From the NCBI GenBank assembly GCA_963719495.1, contig CAVRCI010000002.1, forward strand, positions 320,001-384,000: a stretch of 64,000 nucleotides of DNA. The letters run 5' to 3'. The notes under the pieces are model-generated. The model was not told the DNA's origin. It worked only from the letters and a program-made list of their open reading frames with translations, and ran no database searches. This stretch comes from an uncultured Verrucomicrobiae bacterium (GTDB taxonomy: Bacteria > Verrucomicrobiota > Verrucomicrobiia > Chthoniobacterales > JAATET01). The first letter of the stretch is position 1; every line of letters starts with the position of its first letter. Positions 60,976-64,000 of this stretch are shown here, piece after piece. A program made the translations under genes and the position numbers.

Positions 60976-63390
60976 ATGAAAATGATGACCGACACTTACG
61001 CGGAAGCCGTGAACGAAGCTTGCCGGAGGGTGCCGCCCTTGTGGCCATTGCAGAACTTCGTGGCGGTGAATCCCTTCCTTGGGTTGTCCGGGCGGGATTT
61101 CTCGGATGCGATCGCGACCGTGGAGCGGGTCGTCCACGAGCCGATGCATCTCGGGGTGGAATTTTACCGCGAGCAGTGGGAGCGGGGGCGGATCAACGCC
61201 GACGACATGGCGCTGGCTTTCGAGCGGCTCGGGCGGGACGAGGACATCGCGACCGCTCTTCAGGAAGCGGTCGTGGGCGCGGAGGATGGTGCGGTTTTTT
61301 CCGTGTGCGATCTGGCCGACGCGCGGACCGAGAGCGGCTTCCGGCGGCTGGCCGTGGCCGAGATCTCGAAGTGGTGCGCGGCATTTTACGACGAAGGCCA
61401 GGCGGCGTGGCGGCTGCCCTGGGCGGACGAAAGTTTCTTCGTTTCGTGGAAGGCCATGGCGGCGGTGGACCGGAGTCCGGAGATTCAGGGGTTGCCCGGA
61501 TTCCGGACTTTGGTCGCCTCTTTGCCGGACGATCCGGCGGAGGTGATCGGATTGGCGCTCGAAGAATTGAAGGTGCCCGGGGCCGGGGCGGAGTTGTATC
61601 TGCACCGGGTGCTGATGAGCGTGCCGGGATGGTGCGGTTACGTGCAATACCGGGTGCGGGAGAATGGGATGGCGGGCCGGGAGGACGATTCGCTCCGGCA
61701 ACTGCTGGCCGTGCGGATGGTCTTCGAACTGGCCGTCTGGCGGGCCGAGGCGGACGAGGAATTCCGCGAAGTGTGGGCGGAGCGGTGTGAGCGGCTGACC
61801 GACCCGAACGGCGTGTCGACTCTGTCGGTGTGGCAGGAGGCGTTCGAAGTGGGATTTCAGCGAGGTCTGGTCGCCCGGATTGCGAGCGCGCCCGCGGTGG
61901 CGGCGAAGGAAAAGACGGTGTCCGTGCAGGCGGTGTTCTGCATCGACGTTCGGTCGGAGGTATTCCGGCGGTCGTTGGAATCGGTTGCCGACGACGTCGA
62001 AACGCTCGGTTTCGCGGGCTTCTTCGGGTTTCCGATCGAGCGGATTGGTCCGGACGACGAGAAGGCGACGCCCTTGTGCCCGGTCCTGCTCAGTCCGGCG
62101 GTCAGGGTGCGGGAATCGATCGGCGGCGTGCCGGCGGACGAAGCGGAGCGGATTCTGTCGAAGCGGCGGACGCAGAAACGAGCCGGTCGGGCGTGGAAGG
62201 GCTTCAAGCTGTCGGCGGTCTCGAGTTTCTCCTTCGTGGAAGCCTGCGGGCTGGGGTTCGGCGGGAAATTACTCGCGGATGGCTTTGGCTGGCAGCGGGA
62301 GAGCCCGCGGCCGGAGCGGACCGATCTGTGCGCCGAGGCGGATCTGGAGGCGCGGGTTGCGATGGCGGCCGGGGCGTTGACGAACATGGGGCTCACGTCG
62401 AACTTCGCGCCGATCGTGTTGCTGTGTGGTCACGGCAGCGAGACGGCCAACAATCCCTACGGGAGTAGCCTCGATTGCGGAGCTTGCGGAGGGAACGCCG
62501 GGCTGACGAACGCGCGGATCGCGGTGCGGACGTTGAACGATCCCGAGGTGCGGGATGGGTTGCGGGCGCGGGGGATCGACGTGCCGAGCGGGACGTGGTT
62601 TGTCGCGGGACTGCACAACACCACGACGGACGAGGTGTCGCTCGTCGAGGAGGTTGGTGAGTCGTCGGAAGTGAAAGTGGCTTTGGAAAAGTTGCGGAAT
62701 CAATTGGCCAAGGCCGGCGCGGTCGCACGGGGGCACCGGGCACCGAGTCTGGGCTTGCGGGGCGGCGGAACCCGGAAGCGGATCGAGGCGCGGAGCCGCG
62801 ATTGGGCCCAGGTCCGGCCCGAGTGGGGTCTGGCGGGTAACGCGATTTTCATCGCGGCACCGCGGGTTCGGACGGCGGGGCTCGATCTCGGTGGGCGGTC
62901 GTTTTTGCACAACTACGATTGGCGGACGGACGAGTCCGGGGCCGTGCTGGAGCTCATCATGATGGCGCCGATGGTCGTGGCGAATTGGATCAACCTCCAA
63001 TATTACGCGTCGACCGTGAACAACGTGAAGTTCGGCAGCGGGAACAAGGTCCTCCACAACGTCGTCGGAATGCTCGGTGTCGTGCAGGGGAACGGGGGCG
63101 ACCTCCAGGTCGGGCTACCCTGGCAGTCGGTGCACGATGGGCGGAAATTCGTCCACGAGCCGCTGCGGCTCAACGTAATGCTGGCGGCACCGCGGGAACG
63201 GATTGTCGACGTGCTGCGGAAGCACGCCGGGGTCGGCGAATTGGTGGCGAACCGGTGGCTGCACCTGTTCTCGTTGGAGGCCGATGGGGGGATCTGGCGG
63301 TGGGATGGACGCGGGGACTTCGGGGCGGATCGCGGGTTCGGGGAATACAATTCGAACCACGGATGGACGCGGATGGACACGGATCGGTGA
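60976..63390 (+). CDS. dabA: DAB inorganic carbon pump soluble subunit (DUF2309)
   Basis: WPLQNFVAVNP, FCIDVRSE, CGHGS, LDCGACGG, HEPLRL. Confidence 0.92.
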   Translation: MKMMTDTYAEAVNEACRRVPPLWPLQNFVAVNPFLGLSGRDFSDAIATVERVVHEPMHLGVEFYREQWERGRINADDMALAFERLGRDEDIATALQEAVVGAEDGAVFSVCDLADARTESGFRRLAVAEISKWCAAFYDEGQAAWRLPWADESFFVSWKAMAAVDRSPEIQGLPGFRTLVASLPDDPAEVIGLALEELKVPGAGAELYLHRVLMSVPGWCGYVQYRVRENGMAGREDDSLRQLLAVRMVFELAVWRAEADEEFREVWAERCERLTDPNGVSTLSVWQEAFEVGFQRGLVARIASAPAVAAKEKTVSVQAVFCIDVRSEVFRRSLESVADDVETLGFAGFFGFPIERIGPDDEKATPLCPVLLSPAVRVRESIGGVPADEAERILSKRRTQKRAGRAWKGFKLSAVSSFSFVEACGLGFGGKLLADGFGWQRESPRPERTDLCAEADLEARVAMAAGALTNMGLTSNFAPIVLLCGHGSETANNPYGSSLDCGACGGNAGLTNARIAVRTLNDPEVRDGLRARGIDVPSGTWFVAGLHNTTTDEVSLVEEVGESSEVKVALEKLRNQLAKAGAVARGHRAPSLGLRGGGTRKRIEARSRDWAQVRPEWGLAGNAIFIAAPRVRTAGLDLGGRSFLHNYDWRTDESGAVLELIMMAPMVVANWINLQYYASTVNNVKFGSGNKVLHNVVGMLGVVQGNGGDLQVGLPWQSVHDGRKFVHEPLRLNVMLAAPRERIVDVLRKHAGVGELVANRWLHLFSLEADGGIWRWDGRGDFGADRGFGEYNSNHGWTRMDTDR

Positions 63391-63484
63391 GGTGGATCTC
63401 ACCCCGTCTTGGGGAGGCTGGGTGCGGAGATCACGGCTCGGCGGGAGCCTCGCCCTCCGGGGGGGGAGGGGTGGCGTCGTGGGC

Positions 63485-64000
63485 CTACATCGCGTTTTTG
63501 CGCATGAGTTTGTCGACTTCGGACGCGATGGATTGGCGGTCTTCGGCGATCATGCGGTCGATGAAGAGGATGCCTTCGAGGTGGTCGTGCTCGTGCTGGA
63601 TGGCTCGGGCGAGGAGGCCGGTGGCTTCGAATTCGAGGGCTTCATTTTCGAGAGTTTTCGCGGTGACCTTGACCTCGAGCGGGCGGGGGATTTGGCCCTG
63701 TAATCCTGGGAAGCTGAGGCAGCCTTCGGAGTCCGGGGCGGTGTCGCCTAGTTTTTCGACCTGGGGGTTGATGAGGATCATGGGCATGTAGTCGTCGACT
63801 TCGACTTCGGTGCCGTTGACGGTCATGGTGCCGGCTCGTTCGCCGGCGTCGGTGACGTCGACGATGCAGAGTCGGAGCGAGAGCCCGACTTGCTGAGCGG
63901 CGAGGCCGACGCCGTCGGCGTCGTTCATGGTGTCGATCATGTCACCGGCGAGCTTGCGGATGCGGTCGTCGATGGTGTCGATGGTCTTACCCTTGGAGCG
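63485..64000 (-). CDS. def: Peptide deformylase (5' end outside window)
   Basis: GVGLAAQQVG, EGCLS, QHEHDHLEG. Confidence 0.95.
   Translation of the reverse strand, partial: RSKGKTIDTIDDRIRKLAGDMIDTMNDADGVGLAAQQVGLSLRLCIVDVTDAGERAGTMTVNGTEVEVDDYMPMILINPQVEKLGDTAPDSEGCLSFPGLQGQIPRPLEVKVTAKTLENEALEFEATGLLARAIQHEHDHLEGILFIDRMIAEDRQSIASEVDKLMRKNAM

Overview
High-GC bacterial chromosomal segment, very likely Verrucomicrobia/PVC: it encodes the PVC 'small basic protein' and carries many REP-like repeats. Most genes are housekeeping or metabolic: lepB, an LMW-phosphatase-GlyA fusion, ribBA, amtB-glnK with a sigma54 promoter, dinB, glgX-treY-treZ, DAHP synthase, rpmE-prfA-prmC-murA, ppgK, tatD, queA, a LysR-dabBA inorganic-carbon pump and def. 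Accessory or unusual elements include: (i) an ABC/AAA ATPase + TOPRIM-like two-gene cassette (candidate defence module) whose ATPase has a TAG where a conserved Trp is expected; (ii) an SbcD/SbcC-like nuclease-ATPase pair with atypical strand composition; (iii) a TerB-like + FHA-like + ABCG-type single-chain transporter; (iv) an internally deleted IS with perfect 19-bp TIRs; (v) a 267-bp MITE with a 9-bp target duplication carrying REPs; (vi) a perfect loop-less 50-bp palindrome; (vii) several REP-like families with covarying stems and orientation bias, some recruited into coding sequence. No rRNA, tRNA or CRISPR array was seen. All calls come from motifs read by eye; no database search was run.
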